DNA from: Eledone cirrhosa
Taxonomy: Eukaryota
Length of the DNA: 64,000 nucleotides
Direction of reading: 5' to 3'
NCBI GenBank assembly: GCA_964016885.1
Contig: CAXHJY010000001.1
Location: 434,001 to 498,000, forward strand
Position 1 is the stretch's first letter. The number at the start of each line of letters is the position of its first letter. This document shows, piece by piece, positions 52,478 through 64,000 of the stretch. The notes under the pieces were generated by a model. It was not told the origin of the DNA. It did not search any database and saw only the letters and a list, made by a program, of their open reading frames with translations. The position numbers were made by a program, and so were the translations under genes.

Positions 52478-52615
52478 TCTGTAAATCAGGTAAATTTGGA
52501 GCCAACTGTGGCAACACATGTCACTGTGCTGACAACAGTAAATGTAACAAACAGACAGGTGTGTGTTCTAGTGGAGGATGTGCTGCTGGTTATGAAGGTA
52601 GCAACTGTCAGAGAG
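52478..52615 (+). pseudogene. Exon K: open-frame EGF repeat lacking the canonical donor (cagagag|ttaaat)
   Basis: Acceptor intact and nearly identical to exon L, but the 3' end matches the fragment ending at ~49280; the nearest GT is 1 nt upstream and out of frame. Confidence 0.7.
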
Positions 52616-52629
52616 TTAAATAGTATAGT

Positions 52630-53428
52630 AATTAAACTTTCTATTACCATATATCTAATGAAAGACACTGTATATGTCATTAACCCTTTCATTACCATAT
52701 ATCTAATGAAAGACACTGTATATGTCATTAACCCTTTAATTACCATATTTCCAATGAAAGACACTGTCTATGTCATTAACCCTTTCATTACCATATTTCT
52801 AATGAAAGACACTGTCTATGTCATTAACCCTTTCATTACAATATTTCTAATGAAAGACACTACCTATATCATTAACCCTTTCATTACCATATTTCTAGTG
52901 AAAGACACTGTCTATGTCATTAACCCCTTCATTACCATATTTCTAATGAAAGACACTGTCTATGTCATTAACCCTTTCATTACAATACTTCTAATGAAAG
53001 ACACTACCTATATCATTAACCCTTTCATTACGATATTTCTAGTGAAAGACACTGTCTATGTCATTAACCCTTTCATTACCATATTTCTACTGAAAGACAC
53101 TGTCTATGTCATTAACCCTTTCATTACCATATTTCTAATGAAGGACACTGTCTATGTCATTAACCCTTTCATTACCATATTTCTAATGAAAGACACTGTA
53201 TATGTCATTAACCCTTTAATTACCATATTGCCAATGAAAGACACTGTCTATGTCATTAACCCCTTCATTATTATATTTCTAATTAAAGACACTACCTATG
53301 TTATTAACCCCTTCATTACTATATTTCTAATGAAAGACACTGTCTATGTCATTAACCCTTTCATTACCATATTTCTAATGAAAGACACTGTCTATGTCAT
53401 TAACCCTTTCATTACCATATTTCTAATA
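52630..53428. repeat. 48-bp minisatellite, array 2
   Basis: Same unit and flanks as 49295-50187. Confidence 0.96.
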
Positions 53429-53794
53429 AGGTAAGTGATGTAGCATAACTTTGTTGTAGCATAATATATTGAAACAAAACAACAGCAGGTGTAACTTTGA
53501 GACAGGTGTGTGTTCCCATTGAAAGTGTGACATCACAACTCATTTCTATAGCAGAGTATCTTGAGCAACATGAAATAAAGTGACTTGTTCAAGAACACAA
53601 AACACAGCAAGATTCAGGCATCGAACTCACAACTTTATGATTGTAAGCCTGACGCTCTTACCACTAATCCTTGCGCCTTCAATAGATATAATATAGAGGA
53701 ATAGATATAGTACAGCTATAGATATAATATAGGTTGTAGGAATATAGTACAGATGATATAGATATAAAATAGTTGATATCACTATAGTATAGAT

Positions 53795-56700
53795 TAGGGG
53801 TCATTAAATCCCTGGCCCGTGGGAACATCTAGCCCGCGGGCCACATCTGGCCTGCCGACAGGTTTCAATCTTAGACTAAGCGATCCCTGAAAAAGTGTTC
53901 TGAATTATTTGGGATTAAAATACCAACTAGAGAACACGTCTAACCTCAAGACTCACTTAACTGAACGTAATGTTTTAATGTGACAGTAAGAAACAATCAA
54001 ACTCAGAGAGATAGAATAGTCAGACATCGAGGTCAAAGGGACTGTGTGTGTGTATTCATGTATATATGTACATACATAGTATCTGTATGGCAGTGATGTG
54101 AAATGACCCAGACTTACCTAAAAAAGTCAGTATGTCTGACATAGTTATTTCATTTCATCCTCAAAATTGTTCATTTTAGTTAACTGTCTGGTAGCAAAAT
54201 ATCTGTAAGGGTCTGTATTTGATAATAATCAATGTTTATTTATTTTTCTATGTTAAAAGTGTTCAGTATTATTAGAAGTAAATATGTTCAATGAACAAAT
54301 GGCAACCCTGGTTTAAATACACTGTCAGGTGTCATGGCTTTGTCAGAGTTTATTAAAAATGTCAGAGTATTTTATTATATTACTGCATTCATTTTTACAT
54401 ATGTTCTCATTACTTATTTGATATCATGGCCTGCCGACGAGACACTACATAGTTATGTGACTTGCTGACGAGACACTACATAGCTATGTGGCCTGCTGAC
54501 AAGACACTACATAGCTATGTGGCCTGCTGACAAAACACTACATAGCTATGTGGCTTGCTGACAAGACACTACATAGCTATGTGGCCTGCTGACGAGACAC
54601 TGCATAGCTATGTGGCCTGCTGACAAGACACTACATAGCTATGTGGCCTTCTGATGAGACATTCCATAGCTATGTGGCCTGCTGGTGAGACACTACATAG
54701 CTATGTGGCCTGCTGACAAGACACTGCATAGCAATGTGGCCTGCTGGTGAGACACTACATAACAATGTGGCCTGCTGGTGAGACACTACATAGCTATGTG
54801 GCCTGCTGACAAGACACTACATAGCAATGTGGCCTGCTGGTGAGACACTGCATAGCTATGTGGCCTGCTGACGAGACACTACATAGCTATGTGGCCTGCT
54901 GGTGAGACACTGCATAGCTATGTGGCTTGCTGACAAGACACTACATAGCTATGTGGCCTGCTGGTGAAACACTCCATAGCTATGTGGCCTGCTGACAAGA
55001 CACTACATAGCTATGTGGCCTGCTGGTGAGACATTACATAGCTATGTGGCCTGCTGGTGAGACATTACATAGCTATGTGGCCTGCTGACGAGACACTACA
55101 TAGCTATGTGGCCTGCTGGTGAGACACTACATAGCTATGTGGCCTGCTGGTGAGACACTGCATAGCTATGTGGCCTGCTGGTGAGACAATGCATAGCTAT
55201 GTGGCCTGCTGACAAGACACTGCATAGCAATGTGGCCTGCTGACAAGACACTGCATAGCAATGTGGCCTGCTGACAAGACACTGCATAGCAATGTGGCCT
55301 GCTGGTGAGACACTGCATAGCTATGTGGCCTGCTGGTGAGACACTCCATAGCAATGTGGCCTGCTGGTGAGACACTCCATAGCAATGTGGCCTGCTGACA
55401 AGACACTACATAGCTATGTGGCCTGCTGGTGAGACACTCCATAGCTATGTGATCTGCTGGTGAGACACTCCATAGCTATGTGGCCTGCTGGTGAGACACT
55501 ACATAGCAATGTGACCTGCTGGTGAGACACTACATAACAATGTGGCCTGCTGGTGAGACACTCCATAGCAATGTGGCCTGCTGACAAGACACTACATAGC
55601 TATGTGGCCTGCTGGTGAGACACTCCATAGCTATGTGATCTGCTGGTGAGACACTCCATAGCTATGTGGCCTGCTGGTGAGACACTCCATAGCTATGTGG
55701 CCTACTGGTGAGACACTACATAGCAATATGGCCTGCTGGTGAGACACTGCATAGCTATGTGGCCTGCTGACAAGACACTGCATAGCTATGTGGCCTGCTG
55801 GTGAGACACTGCATAGCTATGTGGCCTGCTGGTGAGACACTCCATAGCTATGTGGCCTGCTGACAAGACACTGCATAGCAATGTGGCCTGCTGACAAGAC
55901 ACTACATAGCTATGTGGCCTGCTGGTGAGAAACTGCATAGCAATATGGCCTGCTGACAAGACACTACATAGCAATGTGGCCTGCTGGTGAGACACTACAT
56001 AGCAATGTGGCCTGCTGGTGAGACACTGTATAGCTATGTGGCCTGCTGACAAGACACTGCATAGCTATGAGGCCTGCTGGTGAGACACTCCATAGCAATG
56101 TGGCCTGCTGGTGAGACACTCCATAGCAATGTGGCCTGCTGACAAGACACTACATAGCTATGTGGCCTGCTGGTGAGACACTCCATAGCTATGTGATCTG
56201 CTGGTGAGACACTCCATAGCTATGTGGCCTGCTGGTGAGACACTACATAGCAATGTGGCCTGCTGGTGAGACACTACATAGCAATGTGGCCTGCTGGTGA
56301 GACACTCCATAGCAATGTGGCCTGCTGACAAGACACTACATAGCTATGTGGCCTGCTGGTGAGACACTCCATAGCTATGTCATCTGCTGGTGAGACACTC
56401 CATAGCTATGTGGCCTGCTGGTGAGACACTCCATAGCTATGTGGCCTGCTGGTGAGACACTACATAGCAATATGGCCTGCTGGTGAGACACTGCATAGCT
56501 ATGTGGCCTGCTGACAAGACACTGCATAGCTATGTGGCCTGCTGGTGAGACACTGCATAGCTATGTGGCCTGCTGGTGAGACACTCCATAGCTATGTGGC
56601 CTGCTGACAAGACACTGCATAGCAATGTGGCCTGCTGACAAGACACTACATAGCTATGTGGCCTGCTGGTGAGAAACTGCATAGCAATATGGCCTGCTGA

Positions 56701-59700
56701 CAAGACACTACATAGCAATGTGGCCTGCTTGTTAGACACTACATAGCAATGTGGCCTGCTGGTGAGACACTGTATAGCTATGTGGCCTGCTGACAAGACA
56801 CTACATAGCTATGTGGCCTGCTGGTGAGACACTCCATAGCTATGTGGCCTGCTTACAAGACACTGCATAGCAATGTGGCCTGCTGGTGAGACACTGCATA
56901 GCAATGTGGCCTGCTGGTGAGACACTGCATAGCAATGTGGCCTGCTGACAAGACACTACATAGCTATGTGGACTGCTGGTGAGAAACTGCATAGCAATAT
57001 GGCCTGCTGACAAGACACTCTATAGCAATGTGGCCTGCTGACAAGACACTGTATAGCTATGTGGCCTGCTGACAAGACACTACATAGCTATGTGGACTGC
57101 TGGTGAGAAACTGCATAGCAATATGGCCTGCTGACAAGACACTCTATAGCAATGTGGCCTGCTGACAAGACACTGTATAGCTATGTGGCCTGCTGACAAG
57201 ACACTGTATAGCTATGTGGTTTGCTGGTGAGACACTCCATAGCTATGTGGCCTGCTGACAAGACATTCCATAGCTATGTGGCCTGCTGGTGAGACACTCC
57301 ATAGCAATATGGCCTGCTGACAAGACACTGTATAGCTATGTGGCCTGCTGACAAGACACTGTATAGCTATGTGGCCTGCTGGTGAGACACTCCATAGCTA
57401 TGTGGCCTGCTGACAGGACACTGTATAGCTATGTGGCCTGCTGACAAGACACTGTATAGCTATGTGGCCTGCTGGTGAGACACTCCATAGCTATGTGGCC
57501 TGCTGACAAGACACTGTATTGCAATGTGAGCAACTGACAAGACACTTCGTAACAATGTGGCCTGCTGGTGAGACACTGCATAGCTATGTGGCCTGCTCGT
57601 GAGACACTGCATAGCTATGTGGCCTGCTGGTGAGACACTGCATAGCTATGTGGCCTGCCGACAAGACACTCCATAGCTATGTGGCCTGCTGACGAGACAC
57701 TGCATAGCTATGTGGCCTGCTGGTGAGACACTACATAGCAATGTGGCCTGCTGGTGAGACACTGCATAGCTATGTGGCCTGCTGACAAGACACTGCGTAG
57801 CTATGTGGCCTGCTGGTGAGACACTGCATAGCTATGTGGCCTGCTGGTGAGACACTGCATAGCTATGTGGCCTGCTGGTGAGACACTCCATAGCTATGTG
57901 GCCTGCTGACAAGACACTGCATAGCAATGTGGCCTGCTGACAAGACACTACATAGCTATGTGGCCTGCTGGTGAGACACTCCATAGCTATGTGATCTGCT
58001 GGTGAGACACTCCATAGCAATGTGGCCTGCTGGTGAGACACTCCATAGCAATGTGGCCTGCTGACAAGACACTACATAGCTATGTGGCCTGCTGGTGAGA
58101 CACTCCATAGCTATGTGATCTGCTGGTGAGACACTCCATAGCTATGTGGCCTGCTGGTGAGACACTACATAGCAATGTGGCCTGCTGGTGAGACACTACA
58201 TAGCAATGTGGCCTGCTGGTGAGACACTCCATAGCAATGTGGCCTGCTGACAAGACACTACATAGCTATGTGGCCTGCTGGTGAGACACTCCATAGCTAT
58301 GTCATCTGCTGGTGAGACACTCCATAGCTATGTGGCCTGCTGGTGAGACACTCCATAGCTATGTGGCTTGCTGGTGAGACACTACATAGCAATATGGCCT
58401 GCTGGTGAGACACTGCATAGCTATGTGGCCTGCTGACAAGACACTGCATAGCTATGTGGCCTGCTGGTGAGACACTGCATAGCTATGTGGCCTGCTGGTG
58501 AGACACTCCATAGCTATGTGGCCTGCTGACAAGACACTGCATAGCAATGTGGCCTGCTGACAAGACACTACATAGCTATGTGGCCTGCTGGTGAGAAACT
58601 GCATAGCAATATGGCCTGCTGACAAGACACTACATAGCAATGTGGCCTGCTTGTTAGACACTACATAGCAATGTGGCCTGCTGGTGAGACACTGTATAGC
58701 TATGTGGCCTGCTGACAAGACACTACATAGCTATGTGGCCTGCTGGTGAGACACTCCATAGCTATGTGGCCTGCTTACAAGACACTGCATAGCAATGTGG
58801 CCTGCTGGTGAGACACTGCATAGCAATGTGGCCTGCTGGTGAGACACTGCATAGCAATGTGGCCTGCTGACAAGACACTACATAGCTATGTGGACTGCTG
58901 GTGAGAAACTGCATAGCAATATGGCCTGCTGACAAGACACTCTATAGCAATGTGGCCTGCTGACAAGACACTGTATAGCTATGTGGCCTGCTGACAAGAC
59001 ACTACATAGCTATGTGGACTGCTGGTGAGAAACTGCATAGCAATATGGCCTGCTGACAAGACACTCTATAGCAATGTGGCCTGCTGACAAGACACTGTAT
59101 AGCTATGTGGCCTGCTGACAAGACACTGCATAGCTATGTGGCTTGCTGGTGAGACACTCCATAGCTATGTGGCCTGCTGACAAGACATTCCATAGCTATG
59201 TGGCCTGCTGGTGAGACACTCCATAGCAATATGGCCTGCTGACAAGACACTGTATAGCTATGTGGCCTGCTGACAAGACACTGTATAGCTATGTGGCCTG
59301 CTGGTGAGACACTCCATAGCTATGTGGCCTGCTGACAGGACACTGTATAGCTATGTGGCCTGCTGACAAGACACTGTATAGCTATGTGGCCTGCTGGTGA
59401 GACACTCCATAGCTATGTGGCCTGCTGACAAGACACTGTATTGCAATGTGAGCAACTGACAAGACACTTCGTAACAATGTGGCCTGCTGGTGAGACACTG
59501 CATAGCTATGTGGCCTGCTCGTGAGACACTGCATAGCTATGTGGCCTGCTGGTGAGACACTGCATAGCTATGTGGCCTGCCGACAAGACACTCCATAGCT
59601 ATGTGGCCTGCTGACGAGACACTGCATAGCTATGTGGCCTGCTGGTGAGACACTACATAGCAATGTGGCCTGCTGGTGAGACACTGCATAGCTATGTGGC

Positions 59701-60413
59701 CTGCTGACAAGACACTGCGTAGCTATGTGGCCTGCTGGTGAGACACTGCATAGCTATGTGGCCTGCTGGTGAGATACTGCATAGCTATGTGGCCTGCTGG
59801 TGAGACACTCCATAGCTATGTGGCCTGCTGACAAGACACTGCATAGCAATGTGGCCTGCTGACAAGACACTACATAGCTATGTGGCCTGCTGGTGAGAAA
59901 CTGCATAGCAATATGGCCTGCTGACAAGACACTACATAGCAATGTGGCCTGCTGGTGAGACACTCCATAGCTATGTGGCCTGCTGACAAGACACTCTATA
60001 GCAATGTGGCCTGCTGACAAGACACTGCATAGCAATGTGGCCTGCTGACAAGACACTGCATAGCTATGTGGCCTGCTGGCGAGACACTCCATAGCTATGT
60101 GGCCTGCTGATAAGACACTCCATAGCTATGTGGCCTGCTGGTGAGACACTCCATAGCAATATGGCCCTGCTGACAAGACACTGTATAGCTATGTGGCCTG
60201 CTGACAAGACACTGTATAGCAATGTGGCCTGCTGGTGAGACACTCCATAGCTATGTGGCCTGCTGACAAGACACTGTATAACAATGTGAGCAACTGACAA
60301 GACACTTCGTAACAATGTGGCCTGCCAGTGAGACACTGCATAGAAATGTGGCCTGCCTGTGTGACACTCCATAGCAATGTGGCCCGCACACCCCAAAAGG
60401 ATGCCGACCTCTG
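53795..60413. mobile_element. Duplicate hAT element with the 31-bp array expanded to ~6 kb
   Basis: Same gtatagat duplication (53787-53794, 60414-60421), termini and flanks as 50554-52369. Confidence 0.8.
54427..60385. repeat. 31-bp satellite (tgtggcctgctgacaagacactacatagcta) with higher-order blocks
   Basis: Identical translated blocks at 56530 and 58452 (offset 1922 = 62x31); near-identical at 55786 and 56530 (744 = 24x31). Confidence 0.97.
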
Positions 60414-60521
60414 GTATAGATGACAACACTATAATATAGATGATATAATATTGTGATATTTATTATCTTGTATAGTGTAAATGTTGTTATAATTCTCATT
60501 GTTCTCATATTTTATTTCCAG

Positions 60522-60659
60522 TCTGTAAATCAGGTAAATTTGGAGCCAACTGTGGCAACACATGTCACTGTGCTGACAACAGTAAATGTAACAAACAGAC
60601 AGGTGTGTGTTCTAGTGGAGGATGTGCTGCTGGTTATGAAGGTAGCAACTGTCAGACAG
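60522..60659 (+). CDS. Exon L: EGF repeat (CKSGKFGANCGNTCHCADNSKCNKQTGVCSSGGCAAGYEGSNCQT)
   Basis: tttccag acceptor, g|gtatat donor, 138 bp, open frame. Confidence 0.85.
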
Positions 60660-60674
60660 GTATATGGTGTAGTA

Positions 60675-62400
60675 ATTAACCCTTTCATTACCATATTTCT
60701 AATGAAAGACACTGTCTATGTCATTAACCCTTTCATTACCACATTTCTAATAAAAGACACTGTCTATGTCATTAACCCTTTCATTACCACATTTCTAATG
60801 AAAGACACTGTCTATGTCATTAACCCTTTCATTACCATATTTCTAATGAAAGACACTGTCTATGTCAGAGGAGAGGAACCTTTTTACCATTAGAGGCCAC
60901 ATTTAAATTAGGCAGTAATAAAGGAGGCCGCATAAGTTGATATACCTATAAATGCGACTTTTGTGAAATTATTATAGTTTTTGTATAGTTTTATAGTCAT
61001 TTATTATTTAACATAAAAAGTTACAACATAAAATATTTTTGTATTCACATAATTATAAAGAAATACAATAGAAAAATAATAATATTAAGTTAAAAAAACT
61101 AATATAGCAAAAATACGTAAAATAATTTTAAAATCCGATGGAAAATTCAAGTTAGTCGGATATTTGCATTTGTTTCTTGCTTGAAAGTAATTGAATATTT
61201 GGATTAAGGTTTAATGACAGACTATGTCATTAAACCTTTCATTACCAAGTTTCTACTTAAAGACACTGTCTCTGTCATTAACCCTTTCATTACCATATCT
61301 CTACTTAAAGACACTGTCTATATCATTTAATCTTTCTTTACCATATTTCTACTTAAAGACACTGTCTATGTCATTAATCCTTTCATTACCATATTTCTAC
61401 TTAAAGACACTGTCTATGTCATTAAACCTTTCATTACCATATTTCTACTTAAAGACACTGTCTATGTCATTAAACCTTTCATTACCATATTTCTACTTGA
61501 AGACACTGTCTATGTCATTAAACCTTTCATTACCAAGTTCCTACTTAAAGACACTGTCTATGTCATTAAACCTTTCATTACATATTTCTACTTAAAGACA
61601 CTGTCTATGTCATTAAACCTTTCATTACATATTTCTACTTAAAGACACTGTCTATGTCATTAACCCTTTCATTACATATCTCTACTTAAAGACACTGTCT
61701 ATGTCATTAAACCTTTCATTACCATATTTCTACTTAAAGACACTGTCTATGTGATTAAACCTTTCATTACCATATTTCTACTTAAAGACACTGTCTATGT
61801 CATTAAACCTTTCATTACCATATTTCTACTTGAAGACACTGTCTATGTCATTAAACCTTTCATTACCAAGTTCCTACTTAAAGACACTGTCTATGTCATT
61901 AAACCTTTCATTACATATTTCTACTTAAAGACACTGTCTATGTCATTAAACCTTTCATTACATATTTCTACTTAAAGACACTGTCTATGTCATTAACCCT
62001 TTCATTACATATCTCTACTTAAAGACACTGTCTATGTCATTAAACCTTTCATTACCATATTTCTACTTAAAGACACTGTCTATGTCATTAAACCTTTCAT
62101 TACCATATTTCTACTTAAAGACACTGTCTATGTCATTAAACCTTTCATTACCAAGTTCCTACTTAAAGACACTGTCTATGTCATTAAACCTTTCATTACA
62201 TATTTCTACTTAAAGACTGTCTATGTAATTAAACCTTTCATTACATATTTCTACTTAAAGACACTGTCTATGTCATTAACATTTTCATTACATATCTCTA
62301 CTTAAAGACACTGTCTATGTTATTAACCCTTTCATTACATATCTCTACTTAAAGACACTGTCTATATCATTAACCCTTTCATTACCATATTTCTACTTAA
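60675..62400. repeat. 48-bp minisatellite, array 3, interrupted by a hAT-like/AT-rich insert (~60866-61220)
   Basis: Same unit; after the insert the variant ttctacttaaagac/taaacc dominates. The insert begins cagaggagaggaacctttt. Confidence 0.93.
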
Positions 62401-62474
62401 TCAAAAAGGTTAATAATTCTAAATATTATATCTTGAAATTGTTCAAACTGTTTACATTACATTTCATATTACAG

Positions 62475-62612
62475 CCTGTCACATTGGTAAATTTGGAGCT
62501 AACTGTTAACACACATGCCACTGTGCTGATAATAACAGGTGTAACAAACAGACAGGTATGTGTTCTAGTGGAGGATGTACTGCTGGTTATGAAGGTAGCA
62601 ACTGTCAGACAG
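62475..62612 (+). pseudogene. Exon M: EGF repeat with an in-frame TAA at 62507-62509
   Basis: acag acceptor, gtaagt donor, 138 bp; CHIGKFGANC*HTCHCADNNRCNKQTGMCSSGGCTAGYEGSNCQT. Confidence 0.8.
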
Positions 62613-62789
62613 GTAAGTGGTGTAGTATAGCTTTGTTTCTAACATGATATATTGAGTCAAGATGACAGTAGGTGTAACACACAGCTAGGTGTAACACAGA
62701 GACAGGTGTGTGTTTTAGTGGAAAGTGTAGTGCTGGTTATGAAGGTAACACCTGTGAGACAGGTAGATTTAAACTGTTTTGGAGCTACA

Positions 62790-63126
62790 ATCATCATCAT
62801 CATCATTTTACGTCTGCTTTCCCCTGCTTACAAGGGTGGGACGGAAACTGATTCTGGCTTGATTTCTACAGCTGGATGCCCTTCCTAACACCAGCCTCAT
62901 TTACAGTGAGTATTGGGTGTTTTTTGCCGTGGCACCTCCAGGACCACTTTGCAGTGGAATGATATTGACCCCAGTCCCTATCATCTCATTTCTACAGCTG
63001 AGTAAACTGGAGCAATGTGAAATAAAGTGTCTTGCTCAAGGAAACAACACATCACCCGGTCTGAGAATTGAACTCACAACCTTTCGATTGCAAGGCCAAT
63101 GCTCTAACTTCTAAGCTATGTGCTTA
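62790..63126 (-). mobile_element. tRNA-derived CORE-like SINE with RTE-type tail
   Basis: Reverse complement of the 30807/44222 family. Confidence 0.85.
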
Positions 63127-63289
63127 CAATATAAAGGGGATATTATAGCCTCATGAATATATAGTATAACATTGGTATGGAGTGTAGAGAATCGGCAAGT
63201 ATATAGACATAATATCGATGTTACGGAAATCATATAGATTGTATAGATATAGTATGGATTATATATAGTTTAGGTCATACCACTGGAGT

Positions 63290-64000
63290 ATAAAATAATA
63301 TAATAATGAAATTATTGTGTACAGTGCTCAGGTGCACTACAACTCATCAAAGGTGCATGTATAGTACATAGAATAATGTTTAAATGTCAGGAAAAGGAAC
63401 AGTGTATGAGTCATGAAATACATGTGTGCGTGTGTATGGAAGGGGGGACATCAGGTGCAGTGTTGACGAATCTCAGGAAGCATAGAGGTTTTAAAGGATG
63501 CAGTGTCTCGACAGCTAACAACTGATGCAGGTAGTTTATTCCATGGAGGTTTTAAAGGATGCAGTGTCTCGACAGCTAACAACTGATGCAGGTAGTTTAT
63601 TCCATGGAGGTTGTAAAGGATGTAGTGTCTCGACAGCTAACAACTGATGCAAGTAGTTTGTTCCATGGAGGTTGTAAAGGATGTAGTGTCTCGACAGCTA
63701 ACAACTGATGCAGGTAGTTTGTTCCATGGAGGTTTTAAAGGATGCAGTGTCTCGACAGCTAACAACTGATGCAGGTAGTTTGTTCCATGGAGGTTTTAAA
63801 GGATGTAGTGTCTCGACAGCTAACAACTGATGCAGGCAGTTTGTTCCATGGAGGTTTTAAAGGATGCAGTGTCTCGACAGCTAACAACTGATGCAGGTAG
63901 TTTGTTCCATGCTTCAGCAACTCGGAGCTTGAAAAAATGTTTCCGAAAGTCATGGGAGCTGTGCTGTTTTCTGACTTTGTAGGCATATCCATGGGTGTTA
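63290..64000 (-). mobile_element. CR1-like LINE 3' end with ~7 tandem 61-bp copies of the ORF2 terminus; continues past the window
   Basis: - strand reads THGYAYKVRKQHSSHDFRKHFFKLRVAEAWNKLPASVVSCRDTASFKTSM, the typical CR1 C-terminus. (tta)n tail near 63295; period 61 (63542, 63603, 63664). Confidence 0.8.

Noticed and set aside
49224-53434. Hydrophobic repeat ORFs (280 and 341 aa) that look like membrane proteins
   Set aside because: They are off-frame readings of EGF exon sequence running into the 48-bp minisatellite.
17909-62400. Regular arrays resembling CRISPR repeats (28, 31, 48, 51, 65, 73 bp)
   Set aside because: The units are head-to-tail with no unique spacers, there are no cas genes, and the context is a spliceosomal eukaryotic gene.
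15900-62612. Assigning a gene symbol such as MEGF10/MEGF11 or a PTPR name
   Set aside because: The N-terminus, transmembrane and cytoplasmic exons are not in the window, so orthology cannot be determined.

Overview
Repeat-rich animal genomic DNA; the SINE/LINE content and (GAT)n/(TA)n tracts suggest a coleoid cephalopod, probably Octopus (inference). Most ORFs in the supplied track are artefacts of tandem repeats. The window holds the middle of one + strand multi-exon gene. It begins with a 201-bp exon encoding the end of an F-type lectin/galactose-binding-like domain. Twelve phase 1-1 laminin-type EGF exons follow (one of 135 bp, the rest built on a 138-bp module), resembling MEGF10/Draper/SREC-type receptors or mollusc EGF-rich receptor phosphatases. 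Four are damaged (two in-frame stops, a 17-bp insertion, a lost splice donor), and two recent segmental duplications that made new exons are visible. Upstream are a >10.8-kb 15/17-bp satellite with kb-scale higher-order structure and a Tx1/L1-clade retrotransposon with an intact 1145-aa ORF2. Its 3' end sits in the internal tandem repeat of a TTAA-flanked MITE. The introns contain RTE and CR1 LINE remnants, two tRNA-derived SINE groups, hAT-, piggyBac- and pogo-like MITEs, and about ten different minisatellites, several of which visibly arose from a segment of a transposon.
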